Assembly (NCBI GenBank): GCA_964493845.1
Contig: CAZBPU010000002.1
Span: forward strand, 1-41,291
Length of the DNA: 41,291 nucleotides
Direction of reading: 5' to 3'
Origin: an uncultured Sulfurospirillum sp.
GTDB lineage: Bacteria > Campylobacterota > Campylobacteria > Campylobacterales > Sulfurospirillaceae
In this document: piece by piece, positions 17,579-26,474 of the stretch
How positions within the stretch are numbered: the stretch's first letter is position 1
How the letters are laid out: the number at the start of each line of letters is the position of its first letter
Notes under the pieces: model-generated
The model's input: the letters and a program-made list of their open reading frames with translations, nothing else
Told to the model about the DNA's origin: nothing
The model's database searches: none
Position numbers and translations under genes: made by a program

Positions 17579-18940
17579 TTGAAAGAAATAGTAGTTGAGA
17601 ATGGACATCAACCTTCTACTTCTGAATTAGTTCAAGAAGTTGCAAGAGAAGTACAGAATGTTCCTAAAGAGAGTAGGAGAGACTTTTTGCGAAAAGGTTT
17701 CCTTTTTTCTGTTGCAGCAGCAGCTACGCTAGGTACTGTAACAAAACTCGAAGCTAAATCACCAATTAATCCAAAAAATTTACCACCAAATAATCCAGAA
17801 TGGGGATTTAAGTGGGGAAGAGATAATAATCAAAATCCTTATGGTGTACCATCTAAATATGAAGCGAATGTAGTAAGACGTTTTGTTCCATGGTTAACAG
17901 CTGATCAAAAAGCTTCTATAAGTTTTACTCCTTGGCAAGATTTAAAAGGGATAATAGTTCCAAATGGACTTCATTTTACTAGAAGTCATGGAGGAGTTAT
18001 TGATATCAACCCAAAAGAGTGGAGATTAATGATTCACGGCTTGGTTGATAAAGAGGTTATTCTTACATTAGAAGATATAAAAAGATATCCTAGTATAAGT
18101 GTGATTCATTCATTTGAGTGTGCTGCAAATAACGGTATGGAGTGGAGAGGACCTGGTCTAAATTCATTACAAGTTACTCATGGAATGCTTTCTTGTTCTG
18201 AGTGGACTGGAGTTCCTTTAAAAGTTATTTTAGAAGATATTGGTCTTAAAAAAGGTGCAAAGTGGATGTTCCCTGAGGGCTCTGATCCAGCTGGTGTTGG
18301 AAGAAGTGTTCCTATTGAAAAAGTTTTAGATGATGCTATGTTAGTCTATGCTATGAATGGTGAAGCTCTTCGTCCAGAACAAGGCTATCCTGTTAGACTA
18401 TTTCTTCCTGGTTGGGAAGGAGCTATACAAGTAAAATGGCTTAAGCGTCTTAAATTTGATGATAAATCATGGATGGTTAGAGAAGAGAGTACAAAATATA
18501 CAATGCTTCAAGCAGATGGACACGCTAAAATGTACAACTGGTCATTTGAAGCAAACTCTGTTATAACATCTCCTTGTCCTGAGCGAGACTGGAAAGAGCA
18601 AAAGCATGGAAAGATTAAAGTTGAAGGGATTGCATGGTCTGGAAAAGGTGCAATTAGCCATGTAGATGTATCTACTGATGGTGGTAATACCTGGAAACAA
18701 GCAAGATTTACAAGTGTCGTTCTTCCAAAAGCAGTATGTAGATTTGCTCTTGAAGTTGAGTGGGATGGAAAACCTATGCTTCTTCAAAGTAGAGCAACTG
18801 ATGATACGGGATATACTCAACCAATGGCAAAACAACTTGTTGCTGCCCGCGGTAAAGAATCAGTTTATCATAGAAATGCTATTCAAACCTGGGAAGTAAA
18901 AGCTGATGGGGAGGTAAACAATGTACATGTCTACGCTTAA
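17579..18940 (+). CDS. soxC: sulfane dehydrogenase molybdoprotein SoxC
   Basis: Tat motif SRRDFL, ECAANN Mo-ligand Cys, LRPEQGYPVRL..PGWEG, VDVSTDGG. SD AAGGAGG before the TTG start. Confidence 0.95.
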   Translation: MKEIVVENGHQPSTSELVQEVAREVQNVPKESRRDFLRKGFLFSVAAAATLGTVTKLEAKSPINPKNLPPNNPEWGFKWGRDNNQNPYGVPSKYEANVVRRFVPWLTADQKASISFTPWQDLKGIIVPNGLHFTRSHGGVIDINPKEWRLMIHGLVDKEVILTLEDIKRYPSISVIHSFECAANNGMEWRGPGLNSLQVTHGMLSCSEWTGVPLKVILEDIGLKKGAKWMFPEGSDPAGVGRSVPIEKVLDDAMLVYAMNGEALRPEQGYPVRLFLPGWEGAIQVKWLKRLKFDDKSWMVREESTKYTMLQADGHAKMYNWSFEANSVITSPCPERDWKEQKHGKIKVEGIAWSGKGAISHVDVSTDGGNTWKQARFTSVVLPKAVCRFALEVEWDGKPMLLQSRATDDTGYTQPMAKQLVAARGKESVYHRNAIQTWEVKADGEVNNVHVYA

Positions 18941-20018
18941 AACAATAGCAGGAGCATTGTTATTAGCTTCATCTTTGAATGCAGCTAGTCATACAGTAGC
19001 AAGCCCTGATAGCTATCCTTATCCTAGTGTTGTTATTGATAAAGATGGCAATAAAATTAATGTTGATGGGGCAAAACTTTTACCTCAAACTATGCAAGTA
19101 AAGCATGTTTATCACTCACCTTATAGTGGTGAAGGCTACAATTTAGGTGAAAAAGCGACTAAAGAGCAGGTTAAAGCATGGAATACAGATACTAGACCAG
19201 ATGGTAAAGGTTTACCAAAAGGTAAGATGGATGTATTGGCTGGGTCTGAAGTATTTATAGCTAAATGTGCTAGTTGTCATGGTGATTTTGGAGAAGGTGT
19301 CGATAGATTTCCTGTTCTCTCCGGAGGTCAAGGAACTTTAAAACTTCATCCAAAAACAGGTGGTGACGCTGGTCCGCAAAAAACTATAGGAAGTTATGCT
19401 CCTTATATTGCACCATTTTTTTGGTACATACAAACAGCAATGCCTCTTTCAGCTCCTAAATCTTTAACAAATGATGAGGTTTATGGAATCTTGGGATATA
19501 TACTTCAGTTAAATGAAATTCAAGTAGATGGTAAAGATATAGAGGATGAGACAGTAATAGATAAAAAGTTTATTATGTCAGTTCACCTACCAAATGAAAA
19601 AGGTTTTGAGTATAACAACTTAAGAGTAGCTGATACAAAAAATACAAGATGTATGAAAAACTGTATAGATACAAAAAATATGACAATTATGCATATACAA
19701 ACTGATGGAACTGTAGTAGAACCAGAGTTTGGTGAAGAGAGATATTACTATGGTGAAGCTAAAGCAGAAGAGGTTGGAAGTGCTATTAAAACAGCATATG
19801 AAAACACTTGTGCAGGTTGTCATGACTCAGGTTTAGTTGGATCTCCAAAACTTGGGGATAAAGCTACTTGGGATAAGATTTCAAAGCAAACATTAAAAGA
19901 TATTTTTGATCATGCAATCAATGGTTTTAATGCAATGCCACCAAAAGGTGGAGATGCGTCACTTAAAGATGAAATGGTTAAAGATATAGTTAAATATATG
20001 CTAGAACAAAGTAAATAA
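18921..20018 (+). CDS. soxD: diheme cytochrome c SoxD
   Basis: Signal peptide, PDGKGLPKG, CASCHG and a second heme CAGCH in a c5-like domain. Overlaps soxC. Confidence 0.92.
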   Translation: MYMSTLKTIAGALLLASSLNAASHTVASPDSYPYPSVVIDKDGNKINVDGAKLLPQTMQVKHVYHSPYSGEGYNLGEKATKEQVKAWNTDTRPDGKGLPKGKMDVLAGSEVFIAKCASCHGDFGEGVDRFPVLSGGQGTLKLHPKTGGDAGPQKTIGSYAPYIAPFFWYIQTAMPLSAPKSLTNDEVYGILGYILQLNEIQVDGKDIEDETVIDKKFIMSVHLPNEKGFEYNNLRVADTKNTRCMKNCIDTKNMTIMHIQTDGTVVEPEFGEERYYYGEAKAEEVGSAIKTAYENTCAGCHDSGLVGSPKLGDKATWDKISKQTLKDIFDHAINGFNAMPPKGGDASLKDEMVKDIVKYMLEQSK

Positions 20019-20033
20019 ACAAAAGGAGAAAAT

Positions 20034-20402
20034 ATGATTAATGCGAAAAAATTATTAGTAGTAGTTTTGATGGGTATGATAAGTACAAGCGCTGTATATG
20101 CAGCAAGTATGGAATCTTTAGTAGCAGAAGGTCGTAAGGTATTTGTTACGAAGAAACTTGGGAACTGCTTGGCATGTCATGCAGTTCAAGGAGATGAAGG
20201 AATACCTCAGACTGGTAATATTGGCCCAAAATTGGCTAATTTAGATAGTTATCCAAAAGATTATCTATTTGATAAGATTTGGGATCCAAATAAGACTGTA
20301 TCTGATACGTTGATGCCACCTATGGGTAGAAGTCATAAGATAACTAAGCATCAAATAGATGCCCTTGTAGCATACCTACAAGAAACAACAAAAGCAAAAT
20401 AA
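20034..20402 (+). CDS. soxX: cytochrome c SoxX
   Basis: GNCLACH, GNIGP, MPP and a signal peptide. Confidence 0.93.
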   Translation: MINAKKLLVVVLMGMISTSAVYAASMESLVAEGRKVFVTKKLGNCLACHAVQGDEGIPQTGNIGPKLANLDSYPKDYLFDKIWDPNKTVSDTLMPPMGRSHKITKHQIDALVAYLQETTKAK

Positions 20403-20415
20403 GGAGAATTAGAAT

Positions 20416-20871
20416 ATGAAAAGAAGAAATTTTTTAGGATTAGGTTTTACAACAATGGCAGTAGCAGCACTACAAAGTGCAAGTAGTGCAAGTATATTAA
20501 CAGAGCATCCAAAGGCTTTTGAAGCAAAGAGTAGTGAAGAGGCAATAAAAAATGCGTTTGGTACTAGTGATGTAATTAAAGACGATAAAGCAACTCTTAA
20601 GCTTCCAGATATTGCAGAAAATGGAGCAGCTGTTCCTGTTACTGTATCTACGAGTCTTGAAAATGCTAAAACAATGGCTATCGTAATTGATGGAAATCCA
20701 CGTCCTTTAGCTGCAGCATGGGAGTTAAGTGAAGGAACTATACCTAAATTCTCAACTAGAATTAAAATGAGAAAAACTGGTAATGTTAGATTGATTGTTG
20801 AAGATGCAAATGGAAAACTACACGAAACTGTTAAACAAGTAAAAGTTACAGTTGGTGGATGTGGTGGTTGA
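20416..20871 (+). CDS. soxY: sulfur carrier SoxY
   Basis: Tat signal KRRNFL, DIAENG, C-terminal VTVGGCGG swinging arm. Confidence 0.97.
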   Translation: MKRRNFLGLGFTTMAVAALQSASSASILTEHPKAFEAKSSEEAIKNAFGTSDVIKDDKATLKLPDIAENGAAVPVTVSTSLENAKTMAIVIDGNPRPLAAAWELSEGTIPKFSTRIKMRKTGNVRLIVEDANGKLHETVKQVKVTVGGCGG

Positions 20872-20921
20872 TTTAACCAACCTCACTATAATAAAAATAA
20901 AATAAAATAATAGGAAAAGAA

Positions 20922-21218
20922 ATGGGAATTAAAGCAATAGCAAAAGTTAAAAAAGATATAGCAACAGTTAAGTTATTAGTAAAACATCCAATGGCAACAG
21001 GAAGTATTGGTGGAGGAAAGGGTGAACCAAAATTTATCAACCATCTAAGTGTTAAACATGGAGGAAGAGTTGTTTTTGATATGTATCCAACATCAGCTAT
21101 CTCTAAAAATCCGTATGTCAAATTTGCATTTAAAGGTGCAAAAAAAGGTGATATGATTGTAGTAGAATGGAAAGACAATACTGGTGCAACAGAGAAGAAA
21201 GAGATCAAATTAAAATAA
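20922..21218 (+). CDS. soxZ: SoxZ
   Basis: HPM.TG, ISKNPY and W.DNTG motifs, no signal peptide, follows soxY. Confidence 0.95.
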   Translation: MGIKAIAKVKKDIATVKLLVKHPMATGSIGGGKGEPKFINHLSVKHGGRVVFDMYPTSAISKNPYVKFAFKGAKKGDMIVVEWKDNTGATEKKEIKLK

Positions 21219-21246
21219 ACAATTTTATAGTTTATCAAAAAAGGAG

Positions 21247-22161
21247 ATGAATATGTTGAAAAAATTAATAAAAATTACTGCAATCACAATGATAAGTGGT
21301 AGTATTCTGTTTGGGGCAAGTTTTGATACTCAAGCTGAAAAAGATAGAAAAGCATTCGTAAACTACTTCATGAAGAAATTTGAAAATCCTGTTAAAAATC
21401 AAGCAGAGTATTTCCCTTATACTTCAGTAGAAGAGATTGAAAAGAACTATATATATCCTTTGAAGTTTCAAGACTTTCAAGATGGTCCACTAAGTTGGTA
21501 TAGACCAAGTAAAGAACAATTTGCAGAAATCAACGAGTTTCCTCCTTATGAAATTCCATTAGATGATGGAAAAGAGTTATGGGTAAAGCCATTTGCAAAT
21601 GGTAAAACATACTCTACTTGTTTTCCAGATATGGCAATAAAACAGAACTATCCATATTTTGATGTAAAGAAAAACAAAGTTGTAACTATTGGTGAAGCTG
21701 TAAATGAGTGTAGAGTAGAAAATGGTGAAAAACCACTTAAGTATGGCAAAGGTGATATAGCTAAGATAATTGCTGTAATAGCTGAAGCGTCACGTGGTAA
21801 AGAGATTGCTATTAAAATACCTAATGAAAATGCTGCTAAAGCTTATGATGCTGGTAAAAAACTTTTTTATAAACAAAGAGGGTATCTTGCAATCAGTTGT
21901 AATGAGTGTCACGTGCAAAGTTCTGGTAAGAGAATTCGTGCAGAAGCTTTAAGTCCTGCTCTTGGTGGAACTACACATATGCCTGTTTATAGAGTTAAGT
22001 GGGGTGGACTTGGAACACTTCAAAGAAGACTTGCAGGTTGTGTAAAAGATACTGGTAGTGAAAAACCAAAAATGCAGAGTAAGCCTTTAAAAGAATTAGA
22101 GTACTTTTTAACATATATGTCAAATGGTATGAAGCTTAACGGCCCAGATACAAGAAAGTAA
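21247..22161 (+). CDS. soxA: monoheme SoxA (L-cysteine S-thiosulfotransferase)
   Basis: Single heme motif CNECH, P.YR.KW, QRRLAGC active-site Cys, LEYFLTYMSNG. Confidence 0.94.
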   Translation: MNMLKKLIKITAITMISGSILFGASFDTQAEKDRKAFVNYFMKKFENPVKNQAEYFPYTSVEEIEKNYIYPLKFQDFQDGPLSWYRPSKEQFAEINEFPPYEIPLDDGKELWVKPFANGKTYSTCFPDMAIKQNYPYFDVKKNKVVTIGEAVNECRVENGEKPLKYGKGDIAKIIAVIAEASRGKEIAIKIPNENAAKAYDAGKKLFYKQRGYLAISCNECHVQSSGKRIRAEALSPALGGTTHMPVYRVKWGGLGTLQRRLAGCVKDTGSEKPKMQSKPLKELEYFLTYMSNGMKLNGPDTRK

Positions 22162-22172
22162 AGGATAAAAAT

Positions 22173-22481
22173 ATGAAAAAATTACTTTTAACAAGCATAA
22201 TAGCAGTGGCGTTTCTTTCTGGCTGTGCCATGACTAGTCCAAGTGCATCAAATGATGTTGATTCTGCAATTGCAAGTGCACAAATGAAATATGACAAAGC
22301 TCATAGTGAAATGGTTGCATGGGGAAAAACAAAATCTTTGATCAAAAAAGCTAAAAAATTAGCTAAAACTGATCCTAAAAAGGCAATTGCTTTAGCAAAT
22401 GAAGCAGCATATCAGGCAGATACAGCACTTGCTCAATCAGAAGAGTTTGAAAAGACTTGGCAAGCTGCAGTACCTAAGTAA
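22173..22481 (+). CDS. soxK: SoxXA-binding lipoprotein (SoxK/SAXB-like)
   Basis: Lipobox LSGC, Ala-rich helices with W..T and A..QA..A..Q pattern, position between soxA and soxB. Confidence 0.75.
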   Translation: MKKLLLTSIIAVAFLSGCAMTSPSASNDVDSAIASAQMKYDKAHSEMVAWGKTKSLIKKAKKLAKTDPKKAIALANEAAYQADTALAQSEEFEKTWQAAVPK

Positions 22482-22492
22482 AGAGAGAAAAA

Positions 22493-24271
22493 ATGAGTTC
22501 ATTAAATAGAAGAGAATTTATATATATGATGTCTGTTTTAGGGGCATCATCACTATATGCAAAGTCGCATCAGAAACTTTTTGATGTTAAAAATGTAGAT
22601 GATTACTATAAGATTCAAAACTTTGGTAATGCAAGATTTTTGCATATGACAGATTGTCATGCTCAGCTACTTCCTGTACACTTTAGAGAGCCTAGTGTTA
22701 ATCTTGGATTTGATTCAAGTTACGGTAAGCCTCCTCATATTGTTGGAAGTCATTTTCTTAAGCATTATGGTATAGAAGAAAACTCAAGAGCAGCTTTCTC
22801 TATGACATGTATAGATTATGCACAAAATGCAAAAAGATTTGGTAGAGTAGGTGGTTTTGCTCATATCAAAACATTGACAGACCATTTAAGAGGTACTTAT
22901 GGTAAAGATAAGACTCTATTTTTAGATGGTGGTGATACATGGCAAGGAAGTGCAACTTCTCTTTATACTAGAGGTAAAGATATGGTTGAGGCACTTAATA
23001 TCTTGGGTGTAGATGTTTGTACTGGTCACTGGGAGTTTACTTATAAAGATAAAGAAATCTTAGAAAATATTAAACTTTTAAATGCTGATTTCGTTGCGCA
23101 GAATGTTTTTGTAAAAGATGAAGCTCTTATGGATGGAGCTGAAGCTTTTGATGAAGATAGTGGTAGAGCATTTAGACCATATATTATGAAAAAAATGGGT
23201 GACAATAATGTTGCAGTTATTGGACAAGCTTTCCCTTATACAACTATTGCAAATCCACAGAGATTTATTCCTGATTGGACTTTTGGTATTCGTCCAGAAG
23301 AGATGCAAGAGTTAGTTGATGAAGTAAGAGAAAAAGAGAAACCTGATGCTATTATAGTTATATCTCATAATGGTTTTGATGTTGATAAGAAGATGGCATC
23401 GGTTGTTAGTGGTATTGACTTTATATTTGGTGGACATACTCATGATGCTGTTCCTGAAGCTGTTCCTGTTAAAAACTCAAAAGGTACAACACATGTTATC
23501 AACTCAGGGTCAAATGGTAAGTTTATAGGTGTACTTGATTTAGATATTAAAGATAAAAAAGTACGAGATTTTAGATTTACATTGATGCCTGTTTTCTCAG
23601 ATTTACTTCCTGAAGATAAGACGATGAAAAAGTATATTGAAGATGTAAGAGCTCCTTTTATAGAGAAGTTGACTAAGCCTTTGGCTACAACTGACAACCT
23701 ACTCTATAGAAGAGGTAACTTTAATGGTACATTTGATCAAATCATATGTGATGCACTTCGTGAAGTAAAAGGTGCTGATATCTCTATGAGTCCTGGATTT
23801 AGATGGGGTACTTCAGTACTTCCTGGTGAAGCAATCACATTTGATGATTTGATGAATCATACATCTATGACTTATCCTGAGACTTATGTAAGAGAGTTAA
23901 AAGGTGTAGATATTCATAATATCTTAGAAGATGTAGCAGATAACTTGTTTAATAAAGATCCATTCTTACAGCAAGGTGGAGATATGGTTAGAACAGGTGG
24001 ATTATCTTATACAATAGATCCTAGAAAAGAGATAGGAAAAAGAATTACAAACCTTCAGATGAGTAGCGGTGAGAAGATAGATGCAAATCGAATCTATAAA
24101 CTTGCTGGTTGGTCAACTGTTGGTAGTGCTTCTACAGGAGAACCTGTTTGGGAAACTGTAGAGACTTATCTAGCAGATCACAAGCATATTAAAAACTTAA
24201 AGCTTGAGACACCAGATATCATAGGTGTTAAGAATAATCCAGGGATTGAATTATCACTTTATAAAAATTAA
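22493..24271 (+). CDS. soxB: thiosulfohydrolase SoxB
   Basis: Tat NRREFI, TDCHAQL, DGGDTWQG, GHWEF, SHNG, GGHTHD, PGFRWG, QQGGDM. Confidence 0.97.
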   Translation: MSSLNRREFIYMMSVLGASSLYAKSHQKLFDVKNVDDYYKIQNFGNARFLHMTDCHAQLLPVHFREPSVNLGFDSSYGKPPHIVGSHFLKHYGIEENSRAAFSMTCIDYAQNAKRFGRVGGFAHIKTLTDHLRGTYGKDKTLFLDGGDTWQGSATSLYTRGKDMVEALNILGVDVCTGHWEFTYKDKEILENIKLLNADFVAQNVFVKDEALMDGAEAFDEDSGRAFRPYIMKKMGDNNVAVIGQAFPYTTIANPQRFIPDWTFGIRPEEMQELVDEVREKEKPDAIIVISHNGFDVDKKMASVVSGIDFIFGGHTHDAVPEAVPVKNSKGTTHVINSGSNGKFIGVLDLDIKDKKVRDFRFTLMPVFSDLLPEDKTMKKYIEDVRAPFIEKLTKPLATTDNLLYRRGNFNGTFDQIICDALREVKGADISMSPGFRWGTSVLPGEAITFDDLMNHTSMTYPETYVRELKGVDIHNILEDVADNLFNKDPFLQQGGDMVRTGGLSYTIDPRKEIGKRITNLQMSSGEKIDANRIYKLAGWSTVGSASTGEPVWETVETYLADHKHIKNLKLETPDIIGVKNNPGIELSLYKN

Positions 24272-24274
24272 AAT

Positions 24275-24308
24275 GTATCTTGGTGAGAAACACTTCTCAC
24301 CAAGATAC
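24275..24308. terminator. 15-bp perfect hairpin after soxB (leaky terminator or mRNA-stabilising stem)
   Basis: GTATCTTGGTGAGAA-acac-TTCTCACCAAGATAC, with no U-tract on the + strand. Confidence 0.65.
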
Positions 24309-24328
24309 TACTACTGCGAGGAATATAT

Positions 24329-25237
24329 ATGAAAAAGACACTATTACTTACCATCCCAATTTTTTTATTTGCAAATTTTTTTGAATTTAAACCAGTAAAA
24401 ATCAATAACGATATAAGCTGTTTTGTAGGAGACTTTAATCCTCTTAAAAAATCAAACCAAGGTTTTGTATCTAATGTATGTTATATAGATATGGGAAATT
24501 TTCTGGTACTACTTGATGCAAGTGCTACTTATAATTTTGCAAAAGAGTTAAATGCTTATATAGAAAAATCTACAAATAAGAAAATAAGATATGTAGTTAT
24601 ATCAAACTACCATGACGATAGACTTTTAGGTGCTTCATACTTTAAAGAAAAAGGTGTAACAATTATAGGTGGAGCAAATATGCCTGAAATGATAAAAGAG
24701 CACGCTAGCAAGTATACTAGTGCATTAAAAAAACTGCCAAAAGACCTTACAAAAAATACTAAGGTTGTAAATCCAGATATCTTAGTAGAGAAAGATTACA
24801 CCATAAAAGGTAGTAAAAAATCTATAAAAATCATAAAACCTAGTGAAGCTACACAATCATCAACAGACCTTATAGTATATAGTAAAAAAGACAGTTTTAT
24901 ATTTACAGGCAATACAATATTTAATGGTCGTTTTGTTAATTATGCAAGTGATAGCAATATAGATGAATGGATAAAAGCTTTACATGTAATAAAAAATATG
25001 AATGTTAAATATATAATGCCAGGACATGGTAATGATTTTAGTGCTAACTCATATAAGCCGACTTTAGAGTACTTAGAAATGTTGAGAAAACAAGTTAAAG
25101 TTGCATATGAAAAAGATATTGACCCAGCTGATTTATCTAAAAATATACATACAGATAAATTTAAAAACATACCTCATTATGAAGAGCTATATATGAGAAA
25201 TGCTAGAAATTATTATGATCAATTAGAGTGGGAATAG
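24329..25237 (+). CDS. exported SoxH-like metallo-beta-lactamase-fold protein with degenerate metal site
   Basis: Signal peptide, N.GFVSN, SNYHDDR in place of HxHxDH, FTGN, PGHG, sox context. Confidence 0.75.
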   Translation: MKKTLLLTIPIFLFANFFEFKPVKINNDISCFVGDFNPLKKSNQGFVSNVCYIDMGNFLVLLDASATYNFAKELNAYIEKSTNKKIRYVVISNYHDDRLLGASYFKEKGVTIIGGANMPEMIKEHASKYTSALKKLPKDLTKNTKVVNPDILVEKDYTIKGSKKSIKIIKPSEATQSSTDLIVYSKKDSFIFTGNTIFNGRFVNYASDSNIDEWIKALHVIKNMNVKYIMPGHGNDFSANSYKPTLEYLEMLRKQVKVAYEKDIDPADLSKNIHTDKFKNIPHYEELYMRNARNYYDQLEWE

Positions 25238-25246
25238 GAGAGTAAT

Positions 25247-25687
25247 ATGAAAAAGATAATTCTGATTTTATTGATTAGTGTATTTACTTTTGCGAAAGTT
25301 GATTATGCAGAGCCATTGCCAGATTTTGAAACTCCAAGAAAGTGGCTTATAAGGGTTAACACTGGTAAAATAGAAATACTTAACCATACTATCAATGCAA
25401 TAAATAACGTTTTAAAAGGTTATCCTGAAGAGGCTTTACATGTAGAGGTTATTTTTTATGCAAATGGTATAAGAGCAATGAAAAAAGATTATGATCAAAA
25501 AGTTTTAAATAGAATAAAATCATTGATGATATATGATAATATAAGATTTGTAATATGTAAAAATACTATGGATACTATGGGTTGGGAAAAAACTGAGTTT
25601 ATAGGTGGTGCAGACTATGTTCAAATAGGTATTGCTGAAGCCCTTGAGAGAGTAGCAGATGGGTGGATTGATGTTAAACCATATTAG
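25247..25687 (+). CDS. exported DsrE-family protein
   Basis: Signal peptide, VEVIFYANGI, conserved Cys in FVICKNTM, GW..VKP C-terminus. Confidence 0.8.
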   Translation: MKKIILILLISVFTFAKVDYAEPLPDFETPRKWLIRVNTGKIEILNHTINAINNVLKGYPEEALHVEVIFYANGIRAMKKDYDQKVLNRIKSLMIYDNIRFVICKNTMDTMGWEKTEFIGGADYVQIGIAEALERVADGWIDVKPY

Positions 25688-26474
25688 AAATATAGTTTTT
25701 GTTATTTTTGTTATGAATTTTACTCTGCATGCTGATTATGATATGGGGAAAAAAATATTTGAGAAAAAATGTTCTTCGTGTCATATTGGATATATAGATG
25801 GTAAAATATTAGAAAATAACTTTTTACAAAAGGATAATAAGCTATTGAAATTAACATCTCCAAATGTTAATATGATTACCTATTTTCTTATGGAAGATGC
25901 AAATCATATTGGTGATAAAAATGATCCTGAAATGCAAAGATTGGAAATAGAAGAGTATGTAAAAGATTATCTTTATAACCCTAGTAGAGAAAATAGTATC
26001 ATAAGAGAAGAGTTTTTAAAATATTTTGATAAAAAAGAGAGTATGAAGGGTAAAGTTAGTGAAGATGAGATATCTAATATAGTTGACTATTTATTTAAAT
26101 ATGAAGAAAAAAGAGAGAAGAAAAAAGAGATAAAAAAACTAAAAAGTGTAAGTATAGATGATATTTTAAAAGAAGCAAAAAAAGAGAAAAAACTTGTTAT
26201 GATTGAAGCCATATCAAAAACATGTTATTATTGTAAAAAAATGGAGAGAGAGGTACTTTCAAAAGCAGATATTAAATCAGCTATGTATAAAGATTTTGTA
26301 TATATGAAAGTAGATATAGATAAAGAAACATTGCCTTTGGATTTACAAAAGCATTATAAAAAAATAACCCCTTCATTTTTTGTATTAGATGCCAATGGAA
26401 AGTTACTTAATAGTTATCCAGGGAGTTGGACAAAAAAAGATTTTTTTGAAATAATGAGAGAAAATATAAAATGA
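25671..26474 (+). CDS. cytochrome c - thioredoxin (SoxW-like) fusion protein
   Basis: Signal peptide, CSSCH heme motif, CYYC redox motif and cis-Pro ITPSF. The start is either 25659 or 25671. Confidence 0.8.
   Translation: MLNHIRNIVFVIFVMNFTLHADYDMGKKIFEKKCSSCHIGYIDGKILENNFLQKDNKLLKLTSPNVNMITYFLMEDANHIGDKNDPEMQRLEIEEYVKDYLYNPSRENSIIREEFLKYFDKKESMKGKVSEDEISNIVDYLFKYEEKREKKKEIKKLKSVSIDDILKEAKKEKKLVMIEAISKTCYYCKKMEREVLSKADIKSAMYKDFVYMKVDIDKETLPLDLQKHYKKITPSFFVLDANGKLLNSYPGSWTKKDFFEIMRENIK

Noticed and set aside
20872-20921. TATAAT and (AAAAT)3 between soxY and soxZ as an internal promoter or repeat
   Set aside because: Low-complexity AT tract with no TGn extension, so chance is sufficient.
20873-21238. 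121-aa minus-strand ORF and the other short antisense ORFs in the track
   Set aside because: They lie opposite well-supported genes and show no recognisable motifs.
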